Under the pieces are notes generated by a model. The model did not search any database. It was not told where the DNA came from and saw only the letters and a list, made by a program, of their open reading frames with translations. A stretch of DNA of 63,553 nucleotides, the filler included, from Basidiobolus ranarum (taxonomy: Eukaryota), in the NCBI GenBank assembly GCA_040143965.1. It is 49 parts of 49 records of this genome, joined end to end, with 100 filler letters (N's around TTAATTAATTAA, not from the genome) between each part and the next. Parts side by side here need not be neighbours in the genome. Positions count along the whole stretch, not along the records: positions 24,764 to 25,963 come from JASJQH010012908.1; positions 26,064 to 27,263 come from JASJQH010012909.1; positions 27,364 to 28,563 come from JASJQH010012910.1; positions 28,664 to 29,863 come from JASJQH010012911.1; positions 29,964 to 31,162 come from JASJQH010012912.1; positions 31,263 to 32,461 come from JASJQH010012913.1; positions 32,562 to 33,760 come from JASJQH010012914.1; positions 33,861 to 35,059 come from JASJQH010012915.1; 41 more parts are not named here. One strand, given 5' to 3'. Positions 24,664-37,755 of this stretch are shown here, piece by piece. Position 1 is the stretch's first letter, and the number at the start of each line of letters is the position of its first letter. The position numbers were made by a program, and so were the translations under genes.

Positions 24664-24944
24664 NNNNNNNNNNNNNNNNNNNNNNNNNNNNNNNNNNNNN
24701 NNNNNNNTTAATTAATTAANNNNNNNNNNNNNNNNNNNNNNNNNNNNNNNNNNNNNNNNNNNNAAAAACCAAATGTCCAAGTAATGTTACAATAACACGA
24801 CATGTATGATATATAAAAAAAAATCACCATAGAATTGCATGCACACAGAGGCCCGAATCAGGGTGAGAACCAAAGTATTTTTCTGAACATGTAATTTATC
24901 ATGTATTACTCCACACACGCAAAGAAATAAAAACCATAATTATG

Positions 24945-25342
24945 GCAAAGGAGCCATATCATGGAGTAGTAAGAAGCAACCAACAATGGCACTTTCCACT
25001 GCAGAAGCAGAGTATAAAGCTTCCTCTGCTACTATACAAGAGGTTATATGGTTAAAGAAGTTACTTATAGACTTAGTATACATGCAAGAATGTGCTATTA
25101 CTGTATTTGAAGATAATCAAAGTTGTGTTTCATTAGCTAAAAGCCCTACATTTCATCATAGAACCAAACAATTAGATAGTAAGCTTCATTTTGTCAGAGA
25201 AGCAATTGAGAATGACATAACTGATCTTGTCTATTGCCCTACAGAAGAAATGATTGCTGACATAATGACAAAACCTTTAGCTAGAGCACAATTTGAATTA
25301 TGCAGATATAAGTTAGGTTTCAGAGAAATACAAAATAATTGA
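24945..25342 (+). mobile_element. Copia RNase H (family with LTR E)
   Basis: ALSTAEAEY, EDNQSC, MIADIMTKPL. Confidence 0.92.
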
Positions 25343-25353
25343 TAAAGTGGGAA

Positions 25354-25684
25354 TATTGAAAATAGGTAAATAGTAACTCATTAATTAGCACTTAGTTTTT
25401 TGATATTCTGATTATTTAGCACTCAGTTTTGCAAGCAAAATTGTGCATATATTGCTTTAATTGACAGAAACATCAATTAGATTACTATCATCAATTTTCA
25501 CTATTTTTCATAATTACCTCAAATTTCATGTAAGCTTGACAGGCATGTTAATTATGATCTAAGCTCATTCAATGGGTAAATTTCATAGTAAGCTATAAAT
25601 CAGACATATTCAATTCAATTAAACCTGAGTGTCTAAGTTGCAAATCCAAATCTTGCCTAAAACACTTCCAAATTCCCTAAATAC
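25354..25684 (+). repeat. 3' LTR E after a purine tract; followed by a CMC ORF2 fragment (25685-25963)
   Basis: TATTGAAAATAGGTAAATAG matches 30632 and 30953; right boundary approximate. Confidence 0.72.
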
Positions 25685-26063
25685 TGTGATCAATGATACA
25701 AGACCTTCAGAGTGCTCTACTTGAGCTACAGCAATATGCTGCACCATCTGTCCATTCTCATACAAGAGGTGCATCCATCCAACACCTCACATAAGAATGT
25801 CATGGTGACAATCTAGAAGAGCACAATATGAGTCCAACCATGAAGCCTACATAATGACTTAAAATTACTTGGGCACATGAAAGTAGTAATCTAGTAGGAA
25901 AACTAGCAAACCAAAAGACTTCAAATGTTGGACATGAAATATCTCAAAAATGTACACAATTATNNNNNNNNNNNNNNNNNNNNNNNNNNNNNNNNNNNNN
26001 NNNNNNNTTAATTAATTAANNNNNNNNNNNNNNNNNNNNNNNNNNNNNNNNNNNNNNNNNNNN

Positions 26064-26503
26064 TTCCACTGTTAGTTTGCTGGTAAAGCATATTGATGTT
26101 GTTGAGTTATGTCTAATAAGTCAAATATGTGCATATGTAGAGACCAAACACAATGAGATTCTTGTATTTTTTGATTCTCATTATGTCTGGAATACAAAGC
26201 CTGAAATATTTAAATAATGGCATGCATATTAATTTGAATTCCTACAGCAGTAAACCCAGTAATTTGCCATTCAAAAATTATATTTTTGCAAAAATTGCTG
26301 GATATTGATTAATGCATGCCAAATTTGAGGATCAATATTTAAACATGTATGAATACCATTAAGATACCATCAAGAAACCACCATCACACCATCAAAATCC
26401 CAAGCAGAATGCAAGCTAACAATATTGTGATGGTTCTCTGATGGTTTTGCTATTTTGGAGGGTAGATCCAATCCAGATCAAATTGATTTTATTTTTGTTA
26501 GGG
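26064..26503 (+). mobile_element. CMC element region downstream of transposase, ending in terminus ...TTTTTGTTAGGG
   Basis: Overlaps the transposase-distal sequence of 44590-45245; same end at 43347, 46489, 48469. Confidence 0.8.
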
Positions 26504-26589
26504 TTGAGTTAGTTCCCAGGATGTTAATACCATCCAGTGTGGATCACTACACTGCTCATTGATCAAGTCCACTATTGTTGATGGTTTTT

Positions 26590-27130
26590 CTTGTTACCTG
26601 CCTGCAGGCTTATGCTTAAAAGTCAATTTTGATTAAGATTTTGAATACTTTTCAATGGCATAGAAATATTCAGATGGTAAACCTGGGGTAATGAAATTGC
26701 TTAGCAACACCTTATATTAAACTAATGTTGGAATCCATTACCAGAAATATCTTGTCAATCCTGTGACTACTCATGTGTGACACTATCTCAGAGTCACCTG
26801 ATGATGTTGAGATGATACATCCAATATACCACCCTTACATACTGCATGTTCTCTTTCTACTACATCCTTCTCCTGTCACAACACAGACATTTAAAGGAGC
26901 TCTACTTTTATTGTCACAAATTCTTGTGCTATGAAAGCTGGATGCTTCATAAATAAGATATTCACAAGCACAGTCACTATGCAATGCCACCAGCTGCACA
27001 AAGCCTGGTAAATACCAACAGCATTAAGTGCACAAAATTGACTTTAGTTTTGCCTACTGAGTCCATTGGCTGTTCTTTACCTCAAAGCTTAGGTAACCCT
27101 GCTCAAAGTCAAGATACCATGCAGTTACCA
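26590..27130. mobile_element. CMC element head-to-head region (ORF2 start on minus, transposase start on plus), followed by LTR A 5' part to 27263
   Basis: Reverse complement of 46890-47440. Confidence 0.75.
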
Positions 27131-27363
27131 TTGAAATTAGCATTGCCTAAACACCTATATAGTCATATATAGCTTAGTACTTAGTTATCTTATAACTCAC
27201 TAAGATATTATCAATTATTCTCAATTGGAGTTTACTTAGAATATTGACACCAACTTAGAAGTTNNNNNNNNNNNNNNNNNNNNNNNNNNNNNNNNNNNNN
27301 NNNNNNNTTAATTAATTAANNNNNNNNNNNNNNNNNNNNNNNNNNNNNNNNNNNNNNNNNNNN

Positions 27364-27830
27364 ATCAAAAAAATTCAGGCAATCAGGTCTTGGATGTCCT
27401 ACCAAGTGGAACTCAGAAACATCCTGTAAGTAAAACATCTGACCATCCTAGCAAGGACTTTGGATGTCTCAAATCAGAGCATAAAATCAACAGCTTCAAA
27501 TCAGAAAAAGGGTGGAATATATCTGCACATATACCATTTTCTGAACCAGAAAATTTGACACAAGCTTGGAAATCAGATGAAGCAACAGAATGGAGAAAAG
27601 TCACTGATGATGAAATTCACTCCCTAATCAAGAATAACACATGGATCTTTGTGGATTTACCTACTGGAAGAAAAACTATTGGTACTAGATGGGTGCTGAA
27701 ACTGAAACTTAACTCAGATGGATCTATCAACCATTACAAAGCAAGATTAGTAGTAAAAAGCTATGCTCAGAAACATGGAATTGCCTATGATGAAACATTT
27801 TCTCTGTTGCTAAGTTTGTTAAAGTACTTC
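27364..27830 (+). mobile_element. Copia RT N-terminal fragment (separate family)
   Basis: EPENLTQAW, RKTIGTRWVLK, HYKARLVVKSYAQKHGIAYDETFS. Confidence 0.88.
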
Positions 27831-28563
27831 AGATATACAGCTGAAGCAACACATTCTGCTCAAAAGTTATGATATATATTTTGTGCATTTATCATAGAAC
27901 TTGCCAATTCTGTTATAGTCCTGTTAGCACTTTCCTCCACTCCTTTTGATGAGGTGAATAGGGGCACTAGTTTCTTGCTTAATTCCATGAACTTTGCAAA
28001 AGTGCTTAAATAGTATTGAAGCATATTGTCCACCATTATCAGTACCTGTTTTGTTGCTTTTAGTTCCAGTTTCAGTCTGCACCAGTGTTTCAAATCTCTA
28101 AAAATAGACAGAGCTTCTTCTTATCTTTCCATAAAGTAGTCCCAAGTATATCTTGTATAATCATCAATAAATGTGATTACATATCTTTTTGCACCTAAAG
28201 AAAAACATTGCATAGGTCCACACAAATATGAATGAATTAGATCCAATTTTGTGACAGATTTGATTAAACTAGAGCTCTCGAATCGTTGCCTGGCTTGTTT
28301 TCCATATATACAACCCTCACAGATTTCCATTTTAGTTTGGGGTAAATTTGAATTCTAGAAAATAGGCAATTTTTGATCATTTTGCTTAAATAAGCAAATC
28401 CAATATGGCCAAATCTCTTATGTCATAATTGAATAGTTTTTTGGTTGTAATAACTTATATTTACACATTAACCTCTTGGATTATATGTAAGTTTGTATAA
28501 GTTCTGATCCTTTTCTCCCAAAGCTAAATAATTCCATTTTGATCAGGGATGGTGCATCCTGAC
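27831..28563 (-). mobile_element. Copia GAG-pre-integrase/integrase fragment
   Basis: CEGCIYGKQ, TFIDDYTRYTW; homologous to 5600-6350. Confidence 0.9.
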
Positions 28564-29963
28564 NNNNNNNNNNNNNNNNNNNNNNNNNNNNNNNNNNNNN
28601 NNNNNNNTTAATTAATTAANNNNNNNNNNNNNNNNNNNNNNNNNNNNNNNNNNNNNNNNNNNNAGGGTGTAAGCAGCAACTATAACTGCAATATCCTAAG
28701 AGTTTTGTGAGGTGTTCAATGGGTATGATAATCACAATTGATTAACTCTAGGATGTATTGTAATATGGCTTGTATCTTGCCTCTTTGGTATTTGTGAAAG
28801 GGAATTAAGCCTCTAGAATTGTCTCAGGACTGATAAACCACTGTGCAATGTCCAGCTTTCCATTGAATAATATGCCGGTGCCTGACAAGAAAATATACTG
28901 GCTTCAATGTCCTTTGATACCCTAACAAAAAAAATTTAAATTTACATTTCATACTATTTTCTGACGGTTTTATAATGGTAGTTTACTGATAATGCAACAA
29001 TTTTCTTGTGGTTTCTCTACCAGTCTTTTTTTCCTCCGATTTTCTCATGGTATTCCTACCCCTATATTTGTGTTTTCTCTGGTTTTTCTCTGGTATTCAT
29101 TCCCATATTTTTCATAGAGAGAATAATCAGATGAAAAGGGTATATTCAATCAAAAACAACTGTAAACTCAGCCAGCAGGGTCTTGAACAAGGATGCACTA
29201 GCAGTGATTTATCCAAGAATATGAAAAGTAGTTTGCCTATACAGACAAAGCTATGGAAAAATACAAAGTATCAGAAATTTAACACCTACCTGCCAGTACT
29301 TCCTTTGAGCTGGTCAAGTTCTTTCTAGTCACACAGTAGCCTGTAACTGCTCTAGTAGTCTCTCTTGAGCTTCCTCTTCATAGTTCTTGTAAGTGGTGAT
29401 GAAAATAAGGGGTGATCACAAGTAGTAATTGCTAGTTGAAAACCAGGTTGATTTTAATTTGAAAAGACATGGCACCTATTTATACTTTTCTGATGGTAGA
29501 AATGATCACTGATGAGAATTTCCGGCAACATCCAGAGAATTCTATTGGTGGGGATCTGGGATTATGATCTCACCATAAATTATAAGAATGGTAATCCATG
29601 GAATGTTCCAGAAGGTTGTATAATAGTTCACAAAGTCATGGAATGTTCCGGCAAAATCAAGTTTTGATTGGTCAAAACTCAATCAAATGTTCTAAGAAGT
29701 TTGTGGAATGTTCCGGAAGATTAAAGAATTTTCCTGAAAATAATAGGGCTAAGGTATAGGTAAAGCTGTATCAAACCGAGCGAAAGTTCTACTTGTTCTA
29801 GTGAAGAAATGAAGTAAACCGTAAGGTCCAATAAATTCAATAGCTCCTCTATCTAAGATTTTGNNNNNNNNNNNNNNNNNNNNNNNNNNNNNNNNNNNNN
29901 NNNNNNNTTAATTAATTAANNNNNNNNNNNNNNNNNNNNNNNNNNNNNNNNNNNNNNNNNNNN

Positions 29964-30631
29964 GGGGTTTAATGTATACAATGGCTGGAACATGTCTGGA
30001 CATTGCTGTGGCAGTGGGTACTGTCAGCCAATATCTCAAAAATCCAGGTTCTGAGCACAAAACTGCAGTAAAACAAATATTTAGGTACTGGAGAGGAACT
30101 GTAGATCAAGTTCTGGAATATTCTGCCACTCCTGATGCACAAAGTTTTGAAGGTTACAGTCATGCAGACTGGGGAAGAAACCTTAATGATAGATGATGAA
30201 CTACTGGGAACACTTTTCTCTATGGTAATGGAGCCATAACTTGGAATAGTAGGAAGCAATCAACCATAGCACTTTCCACTACAGAAGTAGAGTATATGGC
30301 TGTCTCTGCTACTACACACAAAGCTATGTGGTTAAGGAAGTTTTTTACAGACTTAGGATGCAAGTAAACACATGCTATTACTGTATTTGAAGATAATTAA
30401 AGTTGTATTTAAATAGCAAAAAACTTACATTTCATGCTAGAACAAAACATATAGATATTAGGCATCATTTTGTTAGAGAAGCAATAGAGAATGATATATT
30501 GAACTTGTCTATTGCCCTACTGAAGAATTGATAGCTTATATCTTAACCAAACCTTTAGCTAAAGCACAATTTGATTTATTAAGAGATAAGTTAGGTTTCA
30601 GAGAAATACAAAATAATTGGTTGAGTGGGAA
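29964..30631 (+). mobile_element. Copia RT/RNase H pseudogene with PPT; LTR E starts at 30632
   Basis: GYSHADWG, ALSTTEVEY, KHIDIRHHFVRE, TTGAGTGGGAA then TGTTGAAATTAGG. Confidence 0.9.
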
Positions 30632-31262
30632 TGTTGAAATTAGGTAAATAGCAACTCATGATTTGGTAGTTAGTTTGCTAATATTCTGATTATCTAGTAC
30701 TCATTTCTAGTTTCTTTGATATATTCTCCTGATTATTTTTATAGTGTTCTTCATACCCATGGGTTAGCTAATATACAACATGAGTTTGTATCAATATGAC
30801 TATCAAAGCCCACCATTGATTCTACATTTCTGAATCTATATTCTTCCAGCTGGTTTGGTTAGAATGCCATCAATCATTTCTTCAGTAGGGCAATAGACAA
30901 GTTCAATTATACCATTCTCTAAAGCTTCTCTAACAAAATGATGCCTAATAGATGTTGAATTAGGTATATAGCAACTCATTATTTAGCAGTCAGTTTATTC
31001 ATATTTTGATTATATAGCACTCAACTCTATCATTCAAAAACATGTGTTTATTGCTCTAATTGATAGAAATATCAATTAGATCACTTTTACCAATTCTCAT
31101 TTTCTTCACAAAACTTCTCCAAATCACCTCAAATTTTCATCCATGCTTAACAGGTATGCTTGNNNNNNNNNNNNNNNNNNNNNNNNNNNNNNNNNNNNNN
31201 NNNNNNTTAATTAATTAANNNNNNNNNNNNNNNNNNNNNNNNNNNNNNNNNNNNNNNNNNNN

Positions 31263-31391
31263 ATAAGGTAATCTGGATGAACTGACACCAGATTGCCAAG
31301 AAGGGATGGCACAGTAGATATGATGTCATAATCTAATAATAGAAGAGTTCCATATGCAGTGGATCAGTATGCCGAGATCAGAATCATGACA
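31263..31391 (-). repeat. Gypsy LTR D 5' part, abutting a CMC transposase-distal fragment (about 31400-31680)
   Basis: Reverse complement of TGTCATGATTCTGATC... (40438). Confidence 0.85.
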
Positions 31392-31739
31392 CACAGCATG
31401 TACCTCCATAATGTGAACTAATTTGTTTATGTGATATTCTGATGGTATTTCTAGGAAAGCTGCAAGACAAAATTATTGGTGAGATAGATTGAGATATGCA
31501 GTATTATTGTTTTAGCCATGGGGTAATCTATTCAAGCAATGACACATCTACTCATGGCAGGACATTTGTAGATTGCAAGTTGGAGATATTTTGGCTGAAT
31601 TCTTTACAGAAATTTGCCAAAATTCAAGAGCTTATTCTGATTGTAAATAGAAGCAACAGTCAGGTATTTATCAACACTATTCTAAATCTCAAATGTTTAG
31701 CAACTTTTCCACTATTAGTTTGATGGTAATGGATATTGA

Positions 31740-32461
31740 TGTTGTTGAGTAATGTCTGATCAGTCAAGTATGTGCATTGATTTCCATGATGTATTTTTCC
31801 TTTCAGATAGCATATGAACCATTTCACAGCTATCAAACATTCCATTGCAGTATTTTCTATATATTTGCTTATTATGCTTACTGCTGAATGTATATCAGGC
31901 CCAGTATTGGTTGTTTTATTTATGAGACTTCCAACTGCACTATGGTAAGGAATATGATTCATGATTTCAATTTCTTCTGAGGTCTTTGATTCCATATCAT
32001 TTGTGAGTGTCAGCATCCATAGTGGATTTGAAGCTGTTTTACATTCCAATATATTGAATCTGTTTAAAACATCTCGAATACATTTTTCTTGTGTAATACG
32101 GAGTGATCCAATATTGGACTTTTGATGTATCTGCATTCCAAGATAATATTCTAGTTATCCAAGATCTTGCATTACAAACTTGGTAGATAGTGAGGTCTTT
32201 GGTGGTTTCATCAAATTTGAGCAATTAGTAATTATTATGATATCATCAACACAGAGAGTAATTTTGACTTTGGTGGCTTTGATAGTCTTGAAGTATATGC
32301 AGTGATCAGCTTTGTAATAATGGAAAAGATGCTTCATTAAGATCTGATTAATTTTGATATTCCATGCATGAGGAGCCTGTTTCAGACCAGGTAGACTTCT
32401 CTGTAGCTTGCAAACTTGATGTTCTCTTCCTTTGCAATATATTCCTCTGGTTAATCTATTT
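31740..32461 (-). mobile_element. Degenerate Copia RT
   Basis: DHCIYF, LCVDDIII, MQDLG, IPYHSAVGSL. Confidence 0.85.
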
Positions 32462-32561
32462 NNNNNNNNNNNNNNNNNNNNNNNNNNNNNNNNNNNNNNN
32501 NNNNNTTAATTAATTAANNNNNNNNNNNNNNNNNNNNNNNNNNNNNNNNNNNNNNNNNNNN

Positions 32562-33760
32562 AAGTGTAAGAAAACCAATAAACACCTGGTTGCTAAGATT
32601 GGAGTGAACTCTCCACTCCTCAATAATCCAAGCTGCTACCTTTACTGTAAGTGCTATAAGTAGACTAATGCTGGCCAATAACAAAGATTTGCTAACAAAA
32701 CCAGCCTCTTCTTCTATAACTTCTGATCTACAGCCATCAGTACTTGAATAACTGAGGTCAATATCTAGCAGCATGTCCTCAAAGTTGTCTGGACTTACTG
32801 GTTTGACAAAAGTTGCATTTCTATCTACATCATTCTAGTCACCACCTCCAGCTTTCATAGCAAATAAATTTGTGACAATAATAGCAGGACTCCTTTAAAC
32901 ATTTGTGTTGCAGCATGAAAAGGATATTTGTGTTGTGGCATGAGGAGGATATTGTAGAAAAAAGAACACCTCCTATGTAAGGGTGGTATTTTAGGTATAG
33001 CCCATTGATATCATCAGCTGATTCTCAGATAATGTCACATATGAGTGGTCAGGGGATTTACAAGATATTTGTGGTAATGGATGGCAATTGTGATTTATAT
33101 CAGCAGTTTCTAAGCAATTTCATTACACCATGTTTACTATCTGAAACTTCAATGCCATCCAAAAAGCATTCAAAATCTGAATCAAAATTGGCTTCCAAGC
33201 CAAAGCCTGCTGGCACAAAAGGAAAAAAACCAGCAAGAACAGAAGACTTAATTGATGAGCAGTCTAGTGATTCACTATCTAATTTGGAAGGTATTAACTA
33301 ACCTGAAACTGACTCCAGTAATGATGAAGCATTAATCAATTTACCAGCTGTGTTCCTTTCCAGCAATAGTATAAGTGAAGCATTAGTAATCCTCAAATTA
33401 CATTGTAAATGAAGAGTTGAGCAAAGTTCAACCAAAGCACTGTCAAGAACATCAAATTCCAAAATGGCTACTTTGCCCACTTTTGAACAACCCTCAACAT
33501 AAAATTTGCAAAGAATTATTAAAACAAGAGATTCACAGGCAGAACACTATTTTGGTTTGTATGCATTCATGAGTAAAACATAAAGTTGCTCTACAGGCCA
33601 TGACAAGCAATAAAGCCACAATATCACAATTAATGCAGCATTTGGAAGCAACAAATCAACAATTAGAGAGTCACTCCACAATGATACAAGACCTTCACAA
33701 TGCTGTACTTGAGCTATAGCAACATGCTGCTCCCTCCATCCATTCTCATATGTGATTTCA
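32562..33760. mobile_element. CMC element: transposase 5' region (minus, 32562 to about 32920) and ORF2 (plus, ATG 33152)
   Basis: WRVHSNLSNQVFIGFLTL matches ORF 13194; MPSKKHSKS on the opposite strand. Confidence 0.82.
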
Positions 33761-33972
33761 NNNNNNNNNNNNNNNNNNNNNNNNNNNNNNNNNNNNNNNN
33801 NNNNTTAATTAATTAANNNNNNNNNNNNNNNNNNNNNNNNNNNNNNNNNNNNNNNNNNNNAGATATTCCTATTTAGAATATAGGGGCTATAGATACGTTG
33901 CTTTCTGTTTCTGATATATGTATCATAACTAAAGTTAACTATAATGTTGAATAAAGATTAATTATCCAACAT

Positions 33973-34796
33973 TTTCCATCTTAGGAGATCCAATTGGATG
34001 AGATCCCTGCCTAATTACTACTCCCACACTAGCTAAAAGGTGCCTGGTGCTAGTTAAGCCTTTTCCAATCAACCCAAATCAGTAGAGGAGACTATGGAGA
34101 GTCGCAACACAAAGTTTTGGAGTGCTGCAAAGGCAGAGGAGTAACAGTCACTCATAGAGTACCAAACTTGGACTTTGGTTAAGTTGCCTGAAGACCAAAA
34201 ATTCAATTGAATGCAAATGGGTGCTCAAAGTTAAACAGCAAGCTGATGGATCTGCAGAGATTTAAAGCCAAACTTGTGGCTAAAGGATACTCTCAAATGG
34301 AAGGAGTGGACTACAATGAAACATTTTCTCCTGTAGCAAAGTTTAATTTAATCAGAACCATACTAGCAGTAGCAGCAAAACACAGCTTTAAAATCCATCA
34401 AATTGCTGTTAAAACTGCTTTTTTGAATGGGACTTGAAAGAGCATATATTCATGGATCAACCAGATTGTTTTGTGGATCCTGAGCACCCTGAGAATGTGG
34501 GTAAGCTACAAAAAGCACTTTATGGACTTAAACAATCACCCAGAGCCTGGTACACTAAGATGGACACATACTTGGAATCACTAGATTTCCAAAAGAGTAC
34601 ATTGGTTTTGGGATCTACCTTATGATGGAAAAGGACAGTAAGGTGATACGTGCCTTTTTGTAGATGATCTGAATATAGCTACCTATAATGATGAAGCTCT
34701 CAGGAACACCAAAAGAGATCTATCAGTCCAATTCTAGATGACCAATTTAGGTGAACTTATGAATTTGTTAGGTCTGCAGATCCATACAGATATATT
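33973..34796 (+). mobile_element. Copia family B RT pseudogene between an LTR C end (33861-33972) and an LTR B insertion (about 34797-35059)
   Basis: [30 protein letters not shown]. Confidence 0.9.
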
Positions 34797-35159
34797 TCTT
34801 GTGGTTTATTGTCTTTATCATATTAATTATCTCTATCTTTATACACCTAACTATTTCATATATCACATATAAGTTAGTTAACATTACTTAGTCAAATATC
34901 ACTTAGCTGAAAATTGGAACATATATTGTATATTTATGTGAATAATGGGAGAATTAGCAATTCCATATTGGAAATTTCAAACTCGTCCAAATTGCCCCAA
35001 ACATAGCTCATTTTACTCCCACAGATGTTCTGAACACAACCCCAGTGTTAGTTTTCTGTNNNNNNNNNNNNNNNNNNNNNNNNNNNNNNNNNNNNNNNNN
35101 NNNTTAATTAATTAANNNNNNNNNNNNNNNNNNNNNNNNNNNNNNNNNNNNNNNNNNNN

Positions 35160-35990
35160 AGTTCATCTCAACTGCCTCAATTTTCATTTTACTGCAGTTT
35201 TGTGCTCAGATCCTAGATCTTTGAGATATTGGCTGATAGTTCCCACTGCCACAGCAATGTCTGGATGTGTTCCAACCATTGTATATATTAAACTACCCAC
35301 TATGTATGATAAGGGAACTCCTGGCTATGATTTGAGTCATTTTGGGCATATCAGATGTAATTTTGATTAATATTACATTGGGATGCATTGGTGTTGACAC
35401 AGGCTTGCCATTATACATGTTAAAGCATTTTGAGATATCCAAGATGTATCTAGACTGATTTGGCATGATGTTCGGATTTGGTTTATCTCTCTTGATTTGG
35501 ATACATAGAAAATAACTCAATTCATCCATATCAGTCACCTGTAATTGGTTTGATAAGCTGCTTTTTGTCTGATCAAATGCTTCTAGAGCATATGTGGCTA
35601 TAATAAAGTCATCCACATATCTTGCCAAGATAAAGATCCGATTTCCAATTGCTTTGATTTAAATATTGTGTTCTTCTTTACATTTTTGGAATTTGGGTGA
35701 TTCCAAATAGGTAGCTATCTTGTTGTACTATGCCCTGGGTGCTTGCATGAGTCCATATAACAACCTTTGCTTTTTTCAGACCTTATGAGGATGTTTTGGG
35801 TCAACAAATCCATCTGGTTTCTCCATATAGATCTCTTCTCCTAGATTTCCATTCAGAAAAGCTGTGTTTACTTTCACTTGATGTAAATCAAGGTTATGGA
35901 TAGCTGAGTGTGCTAGGATTGATCTAATGGAGCTAAACCTAGCTACTGGAGAAGACATTTCAATAAAATCAACTCTTGGTATCTGGGAAT
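35160..35990 (-). mobile_element. Copia RT pseudogene interrupted by LTR-like repeat F (about 35998-36357)
   Basis: YVDDFII, TAFLNG, EEIYMEKPDGF. Confidence 0.88.
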
Positions 35991-36457
35991 TACAGACTAG
36001 TTCCATTATATTGAGCCAGATCAGGCCAGCTAAAAAGTGTGCCAGCTCAAATTGGCATGATTGGGCACTATCCAGCACAATATTATTAACTGTTTTGGAA
36101 ACAGTTTATTTTACTTGTGTGGTATATTTAAGAAAAGTACTTTTAGACAATATTGCACATAAAACAGATGATGAAAGCTTTATTCATAGTGTCTTTCATC
36201 TAGAGCTCTCAATGGATATACTTGCATACCAATGTATTGAGAATTAATCAAGATCTTGACTACTTTGCCTAACTTTGATTGAGGCCCACAAAATGATTTT
36301 CCTCTAAACTTTCCTGCTACAATGCTATATCTCTTTAGGAAACTAAAGCTATGTTCTNNNNNNNNNNNNNNNNNNNNNNNNNNNNNNNNNNNNNNNNNNN
36401 NTTAATTAATTAANNNNNNNNNNNNNNNNNNNNNNNNNNNNNNNNNNNNNNNNNNNN

Positions 36458-37103
36458 GCCTATTAAAGGATTTTCTTGATTCTTTTAGTTGGATACCAAT
36501 TTGCATAAATCTTCATCAAGAAGTCTTTCAATAAATATTTTAAGGTCAAGTTTTCAGTTCTTGCTTTTGGAGCCAATACCAGGCTCTGAAACCTATGTGG
36601 TGGGCTATTCAGGAATGTAACTATGATATCTTGAACAGTGGTAGATTCTCCAATGCATTCTATTTCTTCCACTAAAATAGTGACTCTATCAATTAGTGTT
36701 TTGATGTCTTCTCTTGACTTCATCTTTGAGTTAAATAGTTTTCTTCTTGGAAGCATCTTGTTGGCAGCAGAACCTGTTTGGTAGGAGTCTTCCAAGGCTT
36801 TCCATACCTTCTTGGCAGTTTTGGCTCTTGAACATTGAATTAGCAATTTGTCATGAATATTAAGACCAATTGTGTTAAAGTCACTTTGTTCTTTTTGAAC
36901 CTGGAGTAAAACATTAGTTTCAGATAGTTTGGCATTGTTTTCTTCTCTTACAACAGTGTCCCAAAGTCCTTGTTCTTGCAGCAGCAATTTCATTTTAATT
37001 TCCAACATTGTTGATTAGTTCCATCCAAATTTTCACGAGAGAGCAAAGTTCCATAAACTTTAAAAGTAGACATTACAGAGAGTGCAAGCTTGGGCTCATA
37101 ACC
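36458..37103 (-). mobile_element. Copia family A gag and PBS (37092-37103)
   Basis: LWDTV...AKTAKKVWKALED; GGTTATGAGCCC. Confidence 0.9.
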
Positions 37104-37451
37104 TGTTAAAGTATTTGGGAGCCTGTTGGAAGTGGCTTGGAGAATTAGAGGAATTGGTGATTTTCCCTTAGAGATTTATTGAGTAGAAAGTTGACATCTA
37201 TAGTTTGGTCAAGATGTAAACAAATAAACATGAGGAATGTGTTAAGGAAGGTCCCAGGAACATGTGTGCAAAGTTTGGGGCTTCTAGCACAAACTTGAAA
37301 AAATCTATATATCCGAGAACTTCTAAGTTTGTAAAATATTCTAAGTAAATTCCTTATGAGAATAATGGATGATATCTTAGTTCAATATAAGATAACTAAG
37401 TACTAAGCTATATGTCACTATATAGGGGTTTAGGCAATGCTAATTTCAACA
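37104..37451 (-). repeat. Copia family A 5' LTR (348 bp)
   Basis: TGTTG...TAACA, abuts PBS. Confidence 0.92.
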
Positions 37452-37755
37452 AACTCTACATACTTTGATCTATCTTTTGCCTCCTGTTTTATGCAACTAA
37501 CTTGCAGCTTGATACTTGCAAGTGGGGAGGTAGCATAGACTATCCATCCCATTTGATAAAGTTTAGATGTCACTATGGTGATATATATATGTTGACTTGA
37601 GTTGCAACTAAAATAAATCTCATTAATAAAGGCACTCTAATACCACACTTAATGTNNNNNNNNNNNNNNNNNNNNNNNNNNNNNNNNNNNNNNNNNNNNT
37701 TAATTAATTAANNNNNNNNNNNNNNNNNNNNNNNNNNNNNNNNNNNNNNNNNNNN

